DNA from: Alkalispirochaeta sp.
Lineage (GTDB): Bacteria > Spirochaetota > Spirochaetia > DSM-27196 > Alkalispirochaetaceae
Assembly: GCA_965242725.1 (NCBI GenBank)
Contig: CBDESZ010000009.1
Location: 12,096-76,095, forward strand
Length of the DNA: 64,000 nucleotides
Direction of reading: 5' to 3'
Positions 49,156 through 59,228 of this stretch are shown in pieces. Below the pieces are notes generated by a model. The model made no database searches. It was not told the origin of the DNA and saw only the letters and a program-made list of their open reading frames with translations. Position numbers and translations under genes: made by a program. Each line of letters opens with the position of its first letter. The first letter of the stretch is position 1.

Positions 49156-49710
49156 CTATGAGATGCGCTGTGCGACGGTTTCGTATCCACGCATGAGGGC
49201 GTTGCGGTTGATGTCGAAAAAGGCCGCCTTCCTGGCACCGAAAACCTTCTTCAGCGCTTCAACGACGCTCTCCGGCCGAAAAAGATCGGACATCCCGAGA
49301 TATGCACCGAGCATCACCATGTTGGCCGCCTTGGCGTTACCCACTTCCTGGGCAATTCCATTTGCCGGGACCTTCATGATACGGAGATCGTCCCGCTTCG
49401 CTTCATCGGTGATAAGGGACTCGTTCACCACAAGCACACCCTGAGGAAGCAGCTCATACTCGAATTTGTGCAGGGAAGGGAGATTCATAACGATCGCCGC
49501 AGTGGCGTCCCTGGCGATGATGGGCGATCCGATGGGGTGGTCACTGACGATGACGCTGCAGTTTGCAGTTCCGCCTCTCATTTCCGGTCCGTAGCTCGGC
49601 ATCCACGATACTTCGAGTCCCTCCAGCATCCCCGTATAGGCGATGAGCCGTCCCATGGACATGACACCCTGACCGCCGAAACCGGCACAGATGATCTTTT
49701 GTTCCGCCAT
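49156..49710 (-). CDS. 2-oxoacid:ferredoxin oxidoreductase gamma subunit
   Basis: AGFGGQG, WMPSYGPEMRGGTA, ANMVMLGA. Confidence 0.93.
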   Translation of the reverse strand: MAEQKIICAGFGGQGVMSMGRLIAYTGMLEGLEVSWMPSYGPEMRGGTANCSVIVSDHPIGSPIIARDATAAIVMNLPSLHKFEYELLPQGVLVVNESLITDEAKRDDLRIMKVPANGIAQEVGNAKAANMVMLGAYLGMSDLFRPESVVEALKKVFGARKAAFFDINRNALMRGYETVAQRIS

Positions 49711-49719
49711 CGTTTCCCC

Positions 49720-50457
49720 CTATTCCCTTCCCCTGAAATTGCCCAGGGGGTAGTAAGGAATCATATTCTCTTCCAGCCAGCCCAATGCATCCCGCGGCGT
49801 CATACCCCAGTTTGTGGGACAGGTGGAGAGGACTTCCACCATTGAAAATCCGAGTCCTTTCTGTTGCGTCGTAAAGGCGTCCTTTATGGCGCGTCGCGTG
49901 TTGCGTATGGCCTTGGGGTTGTGAACGGAAGTCCGCTCTATGAACTTCGCGCCGTCGATGGTGGCAAGCATCTCCGAAATTCTCAACGGACTGCCGGCGT
50001 GACCCTCCTCGCGCCCGAAGGGGCTGGTCGTCGTTTTCTGGCCGACAAGCGTCGTCGGCGCCATTTGCCCGCCCGTCATGCCGTAAATTGCGTTGTTCAC
50101 AAAAATGACCGTTATCTTCTCGCCCCGATGGGCGGCGTGCACAATTTCAGCCGTTCCGATCGACGCAAGGTCACCGTCACCCTGATAGGCAAAGACCGTA
50201 CGATCCGGCAGTACCCGTTTTATGCCTGTCGCCACCGCCGGCGCTCTTCCGTGAGCCGCCTCATGCATGTCGCAATTGAAATAGTCGTATGCGAGAACGG
50301 AGCATCCCACCGGGGCAACTCCGACGGATTTTCCCAGCAGATCCATCTCCTCAAGCACTTCCGCAACGAGACGATGAATGATGCCGTGGGTGCAACCGGG
50401 ACAGTAATGGGTCTCCTTGTCGGTCAGACCCTTGGTCTTTTCAAATACGATCGCCAT
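49720..50457 (-). CDS. 2-oxoacid:ferredoxin oxidoreductase beta (TPP-binding) subunit
   Basis: YCPGCTHG, AHGRAPA, YQGDGD, NNAIYGMTGGQ, STCPTNW. ATG overlaps the alpha-subunit stop (TAATG). Confidence 0.93.
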   Translation of the reverse strand: MAIVFEKTKGLTDKETHYCPGCTHGIIHRLVAEVLEEMDLLGKSVGVAPVGCSVLAYDYFNCDMHEAAHGRAPAVATGIKRVLPDRTVFAYQGDGDLASIGTAEIVHAAHRGEKITVIFVNNAIYGMTGGQMAPTTLVGQKTTTSPFGREEGHAGSPLRISEMLATIDGAKFIERTSVHNPKAIRNTRRAIKDAFTTQQKGLGFSMVEVLSTCPTNWGMTPRDALGWLEENMIPYYPLGNFRGRE

Positions 50458-51518
50458 TACCGCACCTCCTTGAGGAACTTTTTTGCCGCGGCGGAGATCC
50501 CATGCTGGTCCGGCACCATACCTCCGCTCCTGCCGTGGAATCCGACGGGCCACCTCCCCGCCGCCGCGATTTTCACGTCGTCGATCATCTGTCCCATGCT
50601 CATTTCCACCGACATGAGCGCCTTCACCGACGTTCCGAGTTCATCAAAGGCGGAAAAGGGAAAGGGCCAGAGTGTTATAGGACGGATGAGACCCGCCGCA
50701 ACCCCCTCCTCCCGGAGCATTTCGACGGCGTTACGGACGATACGGGATGAAGTGCCGTAGCTGACGAAGACGATCTCCGCATCCTCGGTCAGATACGTCT
50801 GCCACCTCACTTCGTTCTCCTCGATGAGGCGGTGTTTTTCCGCAAGCTTGATGTTGTGGGCTTCCAGCTCTTCCGGCTTGAGAAAGAGGGAGTTGATGAT
50901 ATTGGGTTTTCGTCGTCCCTCGGTCCCCGTGGCCGCCCAATCCTTGGGAGGCAGCTCCCGTTTCGGGGGATCCCGGAACTCCACCGCTTCCATCATCTGT
51001 CCGATCATTCCGTCTCCCAGGACGAGCACGGGGATGCGATAGAGGTCCGCGATATCAAAGGCTTCCGTCATGATGTCCGCCGTTTCCTGAACGCTTGCAG
51101 GGGCGTAGACTATGTGACGGTAATCCCCGTTTCCGCCTCCCCGGGTTGACTGGAAATAGTCCGCCTGTCCGGGCTGAATGCCGCCAAGTCCGGGGCCGCC
51201 GCGCATCATATTGACGATGACGCAGGGCAGCTCGGCGCCGGCGATATAGCTGATTCCCTCCTGCTTGAGGGCAATACCGGGGCTTGAGGAGGACGTCATC
51301 ACCCGGGCGCCGCTGCCCGCCGCACCATAGACCATGTTGATTGCCGCGATTTCGCTCTCCGCCTGGAGAAAGACTCCGCCGACTTTCGGGAGTTCCCTGG
51401 ACATGTACTCAGGTATTTCATTCTGCGGTGTAATGGGGTACCCGAAAAAATACCGGCAGCCCCCGCGGATCGCCGCCGCACCGACGACTTCGTTTCCCTT
51501 CATGAGTACTTTTTCCAT
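50457..51518 (-). CDS. 2-oxoacid:ferredoxin oxidoreductase alpha subunit (ketoisovalerate-type)
   Basis: MKGNE, GYPITPQ, QAESEIAA, TSSSSPG, RGGPGLG, VEMSMGQM. Confidence 0.93.
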   Translation of the reverse strand: MEKVLMKGNEVVGAAAIRGGCRYFFGYPITPQNEIPEYMSRELPKVGGVFLQAESEIAAINMVYGAAGSGARVMTSSSSPGIALKQEGISYIAGAELPCVIVNMMRGGPGLGGIQPGQADYFQSTRGGGNGDYRHIVYAPASVQETADIMTEAFDIADLYRIPVLVLGDGMIGQMMEAVEFRDPPKRELPPKDWAATGTEGRRKPNIINSLFLKPEELEAHNIKLAEKHRLIEENEVRWQTYLTEDAEIVFVSYGTSSRIVRNAVEMLREEGVAAGLIRPITLWPFPFSAFDELGTSVKALMSVEMSMGQMIDDVKIAAAGRWPVGFHGRSGGMVPDQHGISAAAKKFLKEVR

Positions 51519-51748
51519 CAGGCACTCTCCTTTTCAAGTCGTTCAACGCGGATAACCACGTCAGGGCACATCATTGCGCAGAATCCGCAGGCGATACACG
51601 CGTCCATATCGGTCACATAGGCGGGGTTGTATCCCTTGGCATTGATTCTGCCCATATCCAGCGCCACGATGTCTTTCGGGCAGACATCGACACACAGTCC
51701 GCACCCCTTGCATCGGCTTTCCTCAAAGGTCACATATCCTCTCGGCAT
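51518..51748 (-). CDS. 2x[4Fe-4S] ferredoxin-like delta subunit
   Basis: CKGCGLCVDVCP and CIACGFCAMMCP. Confidence 0.94.
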   Translation of the reverse strand: MPRGYVTFEESRCKGCGLCVDVCPKDIVALDMGRINAKGYNPAYVTDMDACIACGFCAMMCPDVVIRVERLEKESA

Positions 51749-51769
51749 AGAATTACCTCCTTCCTCCGT

Positions 51770-52492
51770 TCAGCTCATCCATGACTGCCGCAACAGGCCG
51801 TCTATATAAAGCGGTGCACCCGCCATCGGGTGGGTGCACCGTTCCAGAAGCTCTTTTCGTCCGCTGTAAAAAAAGATGGGAATGTTCACGGTTTGACTCA
51901 GCGCCCGCGCCGCCTCGTCGCCCCGTTTCAGGTGCTCACAGGACGTTTCGCCGAGGAGGTGTGTATTGTTCACGATCCCTCCGCAGCGCAGGCCCGTAAC
52001 GTCCTCTATCCCTCTCATGACCGACTCCGCCTCCCCTGCATCCGCGTTCTGCAGGCGAAATACGTTGAAGACATAGAGCAGTGCCGTATCTTCCGTCGGT
52101 ATATATGGCCGAAACTGCCGCAACGCACGTCCTCCGACGGGATCTCCGCCGAGGTCCACAATCACCGTTCGGTCGGGGTTCCGCAACGTCGGTGCGACGG
52201 ATCCGGGTATGGCGGGCAGGTCCACTCCGGCGTCGATGCCCAGGCTGTTCCCGATCACGGTGATGCCCTTCTCTTCAAGGGCGTGTCGTGCCTCCCTGCT
52301 TCTGAAGTAGGGGTTCACCACATCGAGGTCGATCAGGGTAACCGCTTTCCCGGGAAGATCCCTCTTCAGGGTCAACGCCAGGGCGACGGAAAACTCGCTC
52401 TTTCCGACACCGTAGGGACCGGAAACGACGATCAGACGAGGAAGAGACCTCCCTTCGTCACCGCGACGGTCATCCATTTTCCACCCCGCCAC
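51770..52492 (-). CDS. Uncharacterised SIMIBI (ParA/MinD-like) P-loop NTPase
   Basis: GPYGVGKSE, DLDVVNPYFRSRE, VDLGGD, NNTHL. Confidence 0.8.
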   Translation of the reverse strand: MAGWKMDDRRGDEGRSLPRLIVVSGPYGVGKSEFSVALALTLKRDLPGKAVTLIDLDVVNPYFRSREARHALEEKGITVIGNSLGIDAGVDLPAIPGSVAPTLRNPDRTVIVDLGGDPVGGRALRQFRPYIPTEDTALLYVFNVFRLQNADAGEAESVMRGIEDVTGLRCGGIVNNTHLLGETSCEHLKRGDEAARALSQTVNIPIFFYSGRKELLERCTHPMAGAPLYIDGLLRQSWMS

Positions 52493-53570
52493 GATAGGTA
52501 AGTGCCTGTTCCGTTCCGGTGAGGACGCGCATCGCCCCTTCGGCCAGGGCCGTCATCTCGTCCTCTCCTGGATACCGGAGGACCTCGGCGATCCACGCCA
52601 CCTGCTCCGTAATCCACCCGCACAGGAGATCGTCGTGGGCAAGACCTCCCGTAAGAACGATGGCATCGGGTTTTCTGCCCAGCGCGGCGGCGCTTGAACC
52701 GATCTGCTTCGCCACCTGCCATGCCATGGAGCGGTATACGAGCCGCGCCTTCTCATCACCCGACCGGATGCGCCGCACCACTTCCCTGGCGTCATTGGTA
52801 CCGAGGTGCGCAACCAGGCCGCCCCGTCCCTTCACCTTTTTCCTCAACTCGTCCCTGCTATAGTCACCGGAGAAGCACAGTTCGATCAGTTTCAGTGCCG
52901 CAACGCCGCCGCTGCGTTCCGGGGTAAATGGACCTTCGCCGTTCAGACCGTCGTTCACCTCAATGACGGCACCGTTGCTGTGAGCGCCGACGGTAATGCC
53001 GCCGCCGAGGTGGGCTACCACGAGGGCAAGGTCCCGGTACGCCCTGTTGCGGTCCCGGGCGACGCGTCTGGCGACGGCTTTCTGGTTCAGGGCGTGAAAA
53101 ATGCTGACCCGCGGTATTTCCGGAATACCGCTGAGTCGGGCCACGTCGGCCAGTTCATCGACGACTACGGGATCGACAATATAGGCCGGCACTCCCCGTG
53201 TCGTCGCATCTGAAATTTCCTTTGCAAGTATGCCGCCCAGATTGGACGCGTGCTCTCCCAGTACGCCGACGGTCAGGTCCGCAATCATACGATCATTGAC
53301 GAGATATGTTCCCCCCGATAACGGATGAAGAAGCCCTCCCCGGCCGACAACGGCGTCGATTGAAGTGAGCGGCTGTTCCGCCGCCTTCAATGCGCGGAAT
53401 ATTTCATCACGGCGGAGGGGCAACTGATCCACCATCGTGGGATACTGCGCGAGTGTATCGGAGTCGTGGGAGATGCTTTCCTCAAAGAGGCGTTTTTGAC
53501 CATGAAAGAAGGCGATTTTTGTGGATGTGCTTCCCGGATTGATCGCCAGCACGCGGTACCGTTGTTCCAT
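52470..53570 (-). CDS. buk: Butyrate / branched-chain carboxylate kinase
   Basis: LAINPGSTSTK, GRGGLL, HASNLG, HALNQKA, HLGGG, PERSG, YPGEDEM. Start moved to ATG 53570 (GGAGG SD). Confidence 0.96.
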   Translation of the reverse strand: MEQRYRVLAINPGSTSTKIAFFHGQKRLFEESISHDSDTLAQYPTMVDQLPLRRDEIFRALKAAEQPLTSIDAVVGRGGLLHPLSGGTYLVNDRMIADLTVGVLGEHASNLGGILAKEISDATTRGVPAYIVDPVVVDELADVARLSGIPEIPRVSIFHALNQKAVARRVARDRNRAYRDLALVVAHLGGGITVGAHSNGAVIEVNDGLNGEGPFTPERSGGVAALKLIELCFSGDYSRDELRKKVKGRGGLVAHLGTNDAREVVRRIRSGDEKARLVYRSMAWQVAKQIGSSAAALGRKPDAIVLTGGLAHDDLLCGWITEQVAWIAEVLRYPGEDEMTALAEGAMRVLTGTEQALTYRGGVENG

Positions 53571-53592
53571 CAATTCCTCCCCGAGAGGAATT

Positions 53593-53607
53593 GAAATCTC
53601 CGTGCCA
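53593..53607 (-). promoter_or_regulatory. Probable sigma54 promoter of the buk operon
   Basis: TGGCAC-GGAGA-TTTC (perfect -24 element, TTTC at -12), 22 bp upstream of the buk ATG and next to a sigma54 activator gene. Confidence 0.7.
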
Positions 53608-53679
53608 AAAAACCGATGTATAAACAAGCTGAATAATTGAAATAATGCTAATTTTAATTCTATTTATTGAGTTATAATA

Positions 53680-53726
53680 GCGCTAATTTTTGCACAGCGC
53701 AAATAATTGCGCGCAATATTCTGCGT
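53680..53726. promoter_or_regulatory. Three tandem imperfect palindromes, candidate upstream activator sites
   Basis: GCGCTAATTTTTGCAC (53680-95), GCGCAAATAATTGCGC (53697-712), GCGCAATATTCTGCGT (53711-26); consensus GCGCAA-N4-TTGCGC. Confidence 0.6.
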
Positions 53727-53734
53727 GTCGCCTA

Positions 53735-55513
53735 TCACTGAATGCCATAGCGCTTCAGTTTATAGTGGAGGGTCCGGAGACTTACCCCCAGCTGGCGGGC
53801 GCATTTCGTTCGGTTTCCCTCACAGTTGCGAAGAACCGTGGTGATGTGGTCCGATTCAAAGGAGGCGACGGCTTCAGTCAAGGGAAGGACAGTCGTACCG
53901 GGGGCGGCGGGAAGGAGGTCATTCGATCCTTTCGGAACGGTGCTTTCCGCGGATTCAGCGGAATCAGCTGGATAATCCTCAATGCACCCATCCTGTCCGC
54001 CCTCTGCCTCCAGGGGCGGTAAATGGTGGCGGAGCATGACAACCTCTTCGAAATTCATTGAAATTACCGCCCGGCGGAGGACGTTTTCCAGCTCCCGCAC
54101 ATTACCGGGCCAGCGATACCGAATCAGTACCGCCACGGCGTCATCGTCAACACTGCGAACGGCCCGCCCGTACTCTCCGTTTATGCGATGCAGGAGTTTT
54201 TCCGTCAGGAGGGGTATGTCCTCCACGCGATCACGGAGGGGAGGTATCTCCACGGGTACGACGTGGAGGCGGTAGAACAGATCCTCCCGGAATGCGCCGC
54301 GGCGGACTTCCTCATGAAGGTTGAGATTTGTCGCGGCGATCACGCGGACGTTAATGGGAATGGATTCATTACCTCCCACCCTTCGCACCTCATGTTCCTG
54401 GAGGACCCGAAGCAGCTTGGCCTGTGTCTCGATACTCATGAGCCCGATTTCGTCCAGGAGGATCGTACCGGCATGGGCTTCTTCGAAGAGGCCCCTGCTC
54501 CCGCCCTTTCTCGCCCCGGTGAACGCTCCTTCCACATATCCGAAGAGTTCACTTTCCAGGACATGTTCCGAAAGGGCTGCGCAATTCACCCTGACAAAGC
54601 GGGCGTTACGCCGTTCACTTGCGTTGTGAATCGCATGGGCAAAGAGCTCTTTCCCCGTACCGCTTTCACCCCGGAGCAGAACCGTCGCCGGTGTGACGGC
54701 AGCGACTTTCGCGCGCTCCACCGCCGTTCTGAACGACGGCGCCTCTCCAATCACGTCGTCGAAGGTGTAGCGGGCTTCCAGTTTTCGAATCGTTTCCCTG
54801 GCGTTCTCCAGCTGGTCGTGGAGCTTCATGAGCTCACTCACGTCCTTGATCACCGCCACCGATCCTCGTATGGCGCCGTTTACGATAATCGGATTGGCGT
54901 CAACGATTACGTCCCGTTTGAAGGGTCCCACCCTCAGCCGGGCATTTCGCACCGGTTTGCCCCGGCGCAGCACTTCCATATGGATGCTCTTCCCGCTTGC
55001 GATATCGACTGTACACGGTTTTCCGATCACGTCCTCCTGGGAGAGACCGGTCACGCGGGAGTATGCTGGATTTACCATCACTCCCAGCCCGTTCTCATCG
55101 ACGACGGAGATTGCGTCCCAGGTGCTCTGAAAAATGGCATCGTTCAGGAGGCGTACCTCGGAAAGGTTGGTAATTTCTTCGGCCAGTTTCCTGACTTCGG
55201 TAATATCCCTGAAGACCGCCGCAGCCCCGAGAATTTTTCCATCGCCGTCGCGTATGGGATAGCGGCTCGTCACGATCGTCACGTCCTGCCACTTCAGTCG
55301 ACGATCGAGCTCGGGAACGCCCGATGCCGTCACCTCCGGAAGTCGGGTGACGGGAAGTACCGATTGTATCGGCCGCCCAAGGGCGGACGATCCGTCTATT
55401 GAAAGAATCTTTGACGCGGCGCGATTGAAGAGGGTAATTGTCCCCGAACGGTCGACGGCAATGATGCCTTCACTGGTGGTATTGAGAAAAAGTGATACTT
55501 CACGGCTTTCCAC
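53735..55513 (-). CDS. PAS-PAS sigma54-dependent activator (BkdR/RocR-like)
   Basis: Two PAS-like repeats, [34 protein letters not shown], Fis HTH. Confidence 0.94.
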   Translation of the reverse strand: MESREVSLFLNTTSEGIIAVDRSGTITLFNRAASKILSIDGSSALGRPIQSVLPVTRLPEVTASGVPELDRRLKWQDVTIVTSRYPIRDGDGKILGAAAVFRDITEVRKLAEEITNLSEVRLLNDAIFQSTWDAISVVDENGLGVMVNPAYSRVTGLSQEDVIGKPCTVDIASGKSIHMEVLRRGKPVRNARLRVGPFKRDVIVDANPIIVNGAIRGSVAVIKDVSELMKLHDQLENARETIRKLEARYTFDDVIGEAPSFRTAVERAKVAAVTPATVLLRGESGTGKELFAHAIHNASERRNARFVRVNCAALSEHVLESELFGYVEGAFTGARKGGSRGLFEEAHAGTILLDEIGLMSIETQAKLLRVLQEHEVRRVGGNESIPINVRVIAATNLNLHEEVRRGAFREDLFYRLHVVPVEIPPLRDRVEDIPLLTEKLLHRINGEYGRAVRSVDDDAVAVLIRYRWPGNVRELENVLRRAVISMNFEEVVMLRHHLPPLEAEGGQDGCIEDYPADSAESAESTVPKGSNDLLPAAPGTTVLPLTEAVASFESDHITTVLRNCEGNRTKCARQLGVSLRTLHYKLKRYGIQ

Positions 55514-55517
55514 GACG

Positions 55518-56123
55518 TCAGTTCATCGACGGATTGTAGCCCGTCTCGGCGATGATGCGATAAAAACTGCCCTTCTTGCTCATGGCGGCTTTCCATCCCT
55601 CCTGGGCATCCTTTTCAAAAACGACATCCGCCTGTGCGGGATGTATGAACCATGCGTCGTCTTCAAGTTCCCGTTCCAGCTGACCCGGCCCCCAGCCGGA
55701 GTATCCGGCAAAGACGTGTATGACCGGCTGCCGCCCCTCCGGCGGTTCCTGATAGTCCTCGGACCGTGCGAAATCGAGGACGTGCTGAAAGGAGGGTTCA
55801 AAAAAGACGCCGGGAGAGACCTCTTCACAAAACTCGCTGCGATAGCGTGAAGGGATTCCGTTGTGGAGGACGAACACGTAGTTCTGCTGGACCGGGCCTC
55901 CCACAAAAACGGGAAGTTCCGAGATAGGCGTCGCTTCAGCGGGCTCTATGACTCCCCCGACCTGCACGTCGCTTACCCTGTTGACCACCAGACCAAAGGC
56001 CCCCTCTTCGTTGTGCTGAATGACGATCACCACCGTGCGAAAGAAGTTGGGATCCTGAAGCTCCGTCTCGGCAATCAGAAAATGGCCGGTAAGGTTGTGC
56101 CGTCCGTCCCGTTCCTTGGACAT
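55518..56123 (-). CDS. YqgE/AlgH family protein
   Basis: [40 protein letters not shown]. Start moved to ATG 56123. Confidence 0.92.
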   Translation of the reverse strand: MSKERDGRHNLTGHFLIAETELQDPNFFRTVVIVIQHNEEGAFGLVVNRVSDVQVGGVIEPAEATPISELPVFVGGPVQQNYVFVLHNGIPSRYRSEFCEEVSPGVFFEPSFQHVLDFARSEDYQEPPEGRQPVIHVFAGYSGWGPGQLERELEDDAWFIHPAQADVVFEKDAQEGWKAAMSKKGSFYRIIAETGYNPSMN

Positions 56124-56256
56124 ATGTATAGTATAACCGTTTCCCCGGGGGTAAAAAAGCCCCGGGAAGAAGCGTTCGGCGGTGCGCTCGTCCCCGGCGG
56201 GAGCGGCGGGGGCAGCGGGTGCGGCCGCCCGGGACCGCTCCCGCGGGAACCCGGCA

Positions 56257-58317
56257 TCAAAGATTTGCGAGAATCTCCTCAACGGCACTGCGTTGCCTGT
56301 AGTTCGGGTTGGTCTCGAGCAGCCGCTCCAATACCGTGCGGGCCGCGTCGGGCTCCTGCCGCGCAACATACACCTCGCCCAAACGGTGATAGGCAGGCCA
56401 GAAGCGTGCATCCAGCTTTACCAGGTCGTTCAGCGTCGTTTCCGCCCGATTGTATTGCTCCGCTTCTATATAGGCCAGCGCCAGGTTATAGAGCGCCTGC
56501 GCTTCATCGGGCCGCAGTGAAACGGCAGTACTTAAGTGGTCAATCGCCCGTCCGTACATCTCAAGGCGCAAATAGACGGTGCCGAGATTGTTGTTGATTT
56601 CAAATCCGTCGGGTTCCCGTTGGTACGCCGTGGTGAGTACCTGCAGCGCCTGCTCATGTGACCCTTCATTGCTCAACAGTCGACCGAGCTCAATGAATGA
56701 GCGCGTATAGCTTCCGTCCCGCTGCATCGCCGTCATGTGGGCATCGATCGCCTCTCCGGGTTTACCCAGAGCTTCCTGAATCTTGCCGAGGGTGTAGTAG
56801 AACTCCGGCCGGGATTGATCGATTTGTATCGCCCGGCGGATAAGACCGAGGGCTTCGTTGTTTTTTCCCTGTTCGCTCTTTACCAGCGCGGCGTTGTAGT
56901 TGTGAAGACCGCTGCCGGGTTCCAGTGCAACCGCCCGGTCAAACTCCGTCTCCGCCCGGGACAGATTGCCTTGCCGGTAGTACGCAGTCGCAAGGCGCGA
57001 ATGGTACCGCGAATCTCCGTCGTTCAGTTCTATGGCGCGGCGGAACGCCTCTGCGGCGCCCGACAGATCGTCCTGACCGAGAAGAATAGTTCCGATGCGA
57101 TAATGGGCGTCGTCATTTTTCGGAAAGAGTTCCACCACGTAGCGAAACGCTTCCAGCGCCGCCGCCTGGTCCCGGAGCTGAAGATTCGTGATTCCAAGAT
57201 TGTAGTACGCGTTGGGATAGTCCGGTTGAATACGAACGGCACCCTGATAGCTTGAGCGTGCCGCCCGATATTCACCCGCCCGATATTGCGCACGGGCCAG
57301 TTCATACAGGATACGTGCACTGTCGGGATTCAGACGGACCGCCGCAGAATAGGCATCGATGGAATCACGAAAGCGCTCGGTTTCATAATAGACCCGTCCA
57401 AGGCTGTAATGGGCTTCCCACACACCGTCGTCCCGCCGCAATGCATCGTTTGCATAGGAAATTGCCTGCGAACGGTTGCGGCTGCTGGTAGGGTCCTCTT
57501 CGACGTAGCTTTGCGCCATCAGGGCGAGCGCCTGGGCGTGGAAGCGGTCTTCACTGCGATTGTCGGCGAGATCTATCTCGAGTGCCGACTGGAGGGTAGC
57601 TCTCGCCCTGACGAAGTCGCTGCCGTCGATCATCCTCCGCGCCCTCGCAAGGGCGTCCTGCAGGGATTCCGTCTTCTGCCGTTCCTCCGCGTTGAGGCGT
57701 TCAAGCTCCTGCCGCCGTTCCGCCGCAGCCTGCGCCTCCGCTTCGCGTCTTCGCCGTTCCTCCGCCGCCCGCTGTTCCGCAAGCTGCTGCTGAATCTGCA
57801 GCTCCGCTTCACGCCTTCGCGCTTCCGCCTCCTGGGCGCGCGCTTCCGCCTCCCGGGCGCGTGCCTCCGCTTCTGCACGCTCAAGGGCGAGGGCACGTTC
57901 CTCGTCCGACTGGCCGCCCTCTTCCCCGGATTCCGCCTCCTGTCGTTGCCGCTCGATCTCCGCCCGCTGAGCAGAGAGAGCATTGGAACGGAGGGCTCGG
58001 GCCCGTTCATTGGTGACGTCATCTATCAGCACTTCATCGATCAGATCCAGGGCGCGTTCGTACTCCCCGCTCTCGATATATTCCTCGGCGAGTATGAGCT
58101 TGTTCTGCAGGCGCCGTGCCTCGGCGCTCATTTCAGCGGTATCTGCAGTGCCGCCATCCTCCATATCTGAAGGTGCATCACCGGCACGCGCCTGTCCGCC
58201 CGCTGCATCATCCGATGGAGACTGTGAACGCAGGAACCATGCGGTTCCCCCGCCCAGCACGGCAAGCGCGAGCAACCCCGCACCTATGGCAATATAAGTT
58301 TTTCTTCGTTCTCCCAT
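56257..58317 (-). CDS. Membrane-anchored coiled-coil and multi-TPR protein
   Basis: N-terminal TM segment, E/A/R-rich helical region, many TPR-like repeats (AYYNLG, AHYRIG, INNNLG). Confidence 0.88.
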   Translation of the reverse strand: MGERRKTYIAIGAGLLALAVLGGGTAWFLRSQSPSDDAAGGQARAGDAPSDMEDGGTADTAEMSAEARRLQNKLILAEEYIESGEYERALDLIDEVLIDDVTNERARALRSNALSAQRAEIERQRQEAESGEEGGQSDEERALALERAEAEARAREAEARAQEAEARRREAELQIQQQLAEQRAAEERRRREAEAQAAAERRQELERLNAEERQKTESLQDALARARRMIDGSDFVRARATLQSALEIDLADNRSEDRFHAQALALMAQSYVEEDPTSSRNRSQAISYANDALRRDDGVWEAHYSLGRVYYETERFRDSIDAYSAAVRLNPDSARILYELARAQYRAGEYRAARSSYQGAVRIQPDYPNAYYNLGITNLQLRDQAAALEAFRYVVELFPKNDDAHYRIGTILLGQDDLSGAAEAFRRAIELNDGDSRYHSRLATAYYRQGNLSRAETEFDRAVALEPGSGLHNYNAALVKSEQGKNNEALGLIRRAIQIDQSRPEFYYTLGKIQEALGKPGEAIDAHMTAMQRDGSYTRSFIELGRLLSNEGSHEQALQVLTTAYQREPDGFEINNNLGTVYLRLEMYGRAIDHLSTAVSLRPDEAQALYNLALAYIEAEQYNRAETTLNDLVKLDARFWPAYHRLGEVYVARQEPDAARTVLERLLETNPNYRQRSAVEEILANL

Positions 58318-58362
58318 TTCCCGGTCATCCTATTCATACCGTTTCGTTTCATCTACGACGTG

Positions 58363-59167
58363 CTAATCAAGAATATCGATCTCCTCGTCGTATTCTCTGA
58401 TTTCCTCATTCTCAAGACTGTAACTCTCCGTTTCCGTCTGGGCGCTGCCGAGGGACTCCAGCACGGAGTCGATCATCCGCCGGCGACGCGCTTCCGCCGC
58501 CCTGCGTTCTTCCTCCGCCCGACGTTGTCGTTCCTCCTCGGCAACGCGGCGTGCCTCCTCTTCCGCCGCCCGACGGCGCTCTTCTTCGGCGCGCCGGATC
58601 TCCTCCGCTTCGATCTCTTCCTGCAACAGGGCGATCATACGCTCGATTTCGGGCCGTTGCTGCGCCCGGGGCCGCACGGCGAGATAGAGCTCGTAATCCC
58701 GGACCGCCGCGTCAAAAGCGCGCTGATTTACCCGCAGATTTCCCCGGTTCAGGTAGACCGCAGCGATTCCCGCATCCTCCTGCAGGGCACGGCTATACAT
58801 GGCCTCGGCCTCCTCATAGTTGCCCTGCCGGCCGAGATGCACCGCCAGGTCAAAGGCGATACGACCACGGTCTTTCGCGGCAAGGGAGGGGTCATTCAAT
58901 GCATCACGAAGGACCCGTTCACCTTCGGTGCTCTCTTCTTCCTGAATCAGCGCGTGGGCGAGGAGGCGATACGCCTCTCCCCGTTCGGGAGTATTCCGTT
59001 CAAGCACGGCCCGCAAGAGCGGGATCGCTTCCTCGTGACGACGGTACTGCATCGCTTCAACCCGCTCGCTCCCATACGCTCGCCGGGGAGGACGCAGAGC
59101 CGCTCCCGGACTGCCCGTAAACTGCCACGCCGGGCAGAAGCACTAGGAAGATGAATCCAATCATCAT
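58363..59167 (-). CDS. Exported TPR and coiled-coil protein, split by an apparent frameshift near 59062
   Basis: Signal-like MMIGFIFLVLLPGVAVYG in one frame joins the TPR ORF 58363..59052 if one G is removed from GCGGGTT. Confidence 0.7.
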
Positions 59168-59228
59168 GGCGGACGCGATGGGAGCAATCCCTTGCCTATT
59201 GTGTATCCGGTAATCATAATACGTACAG

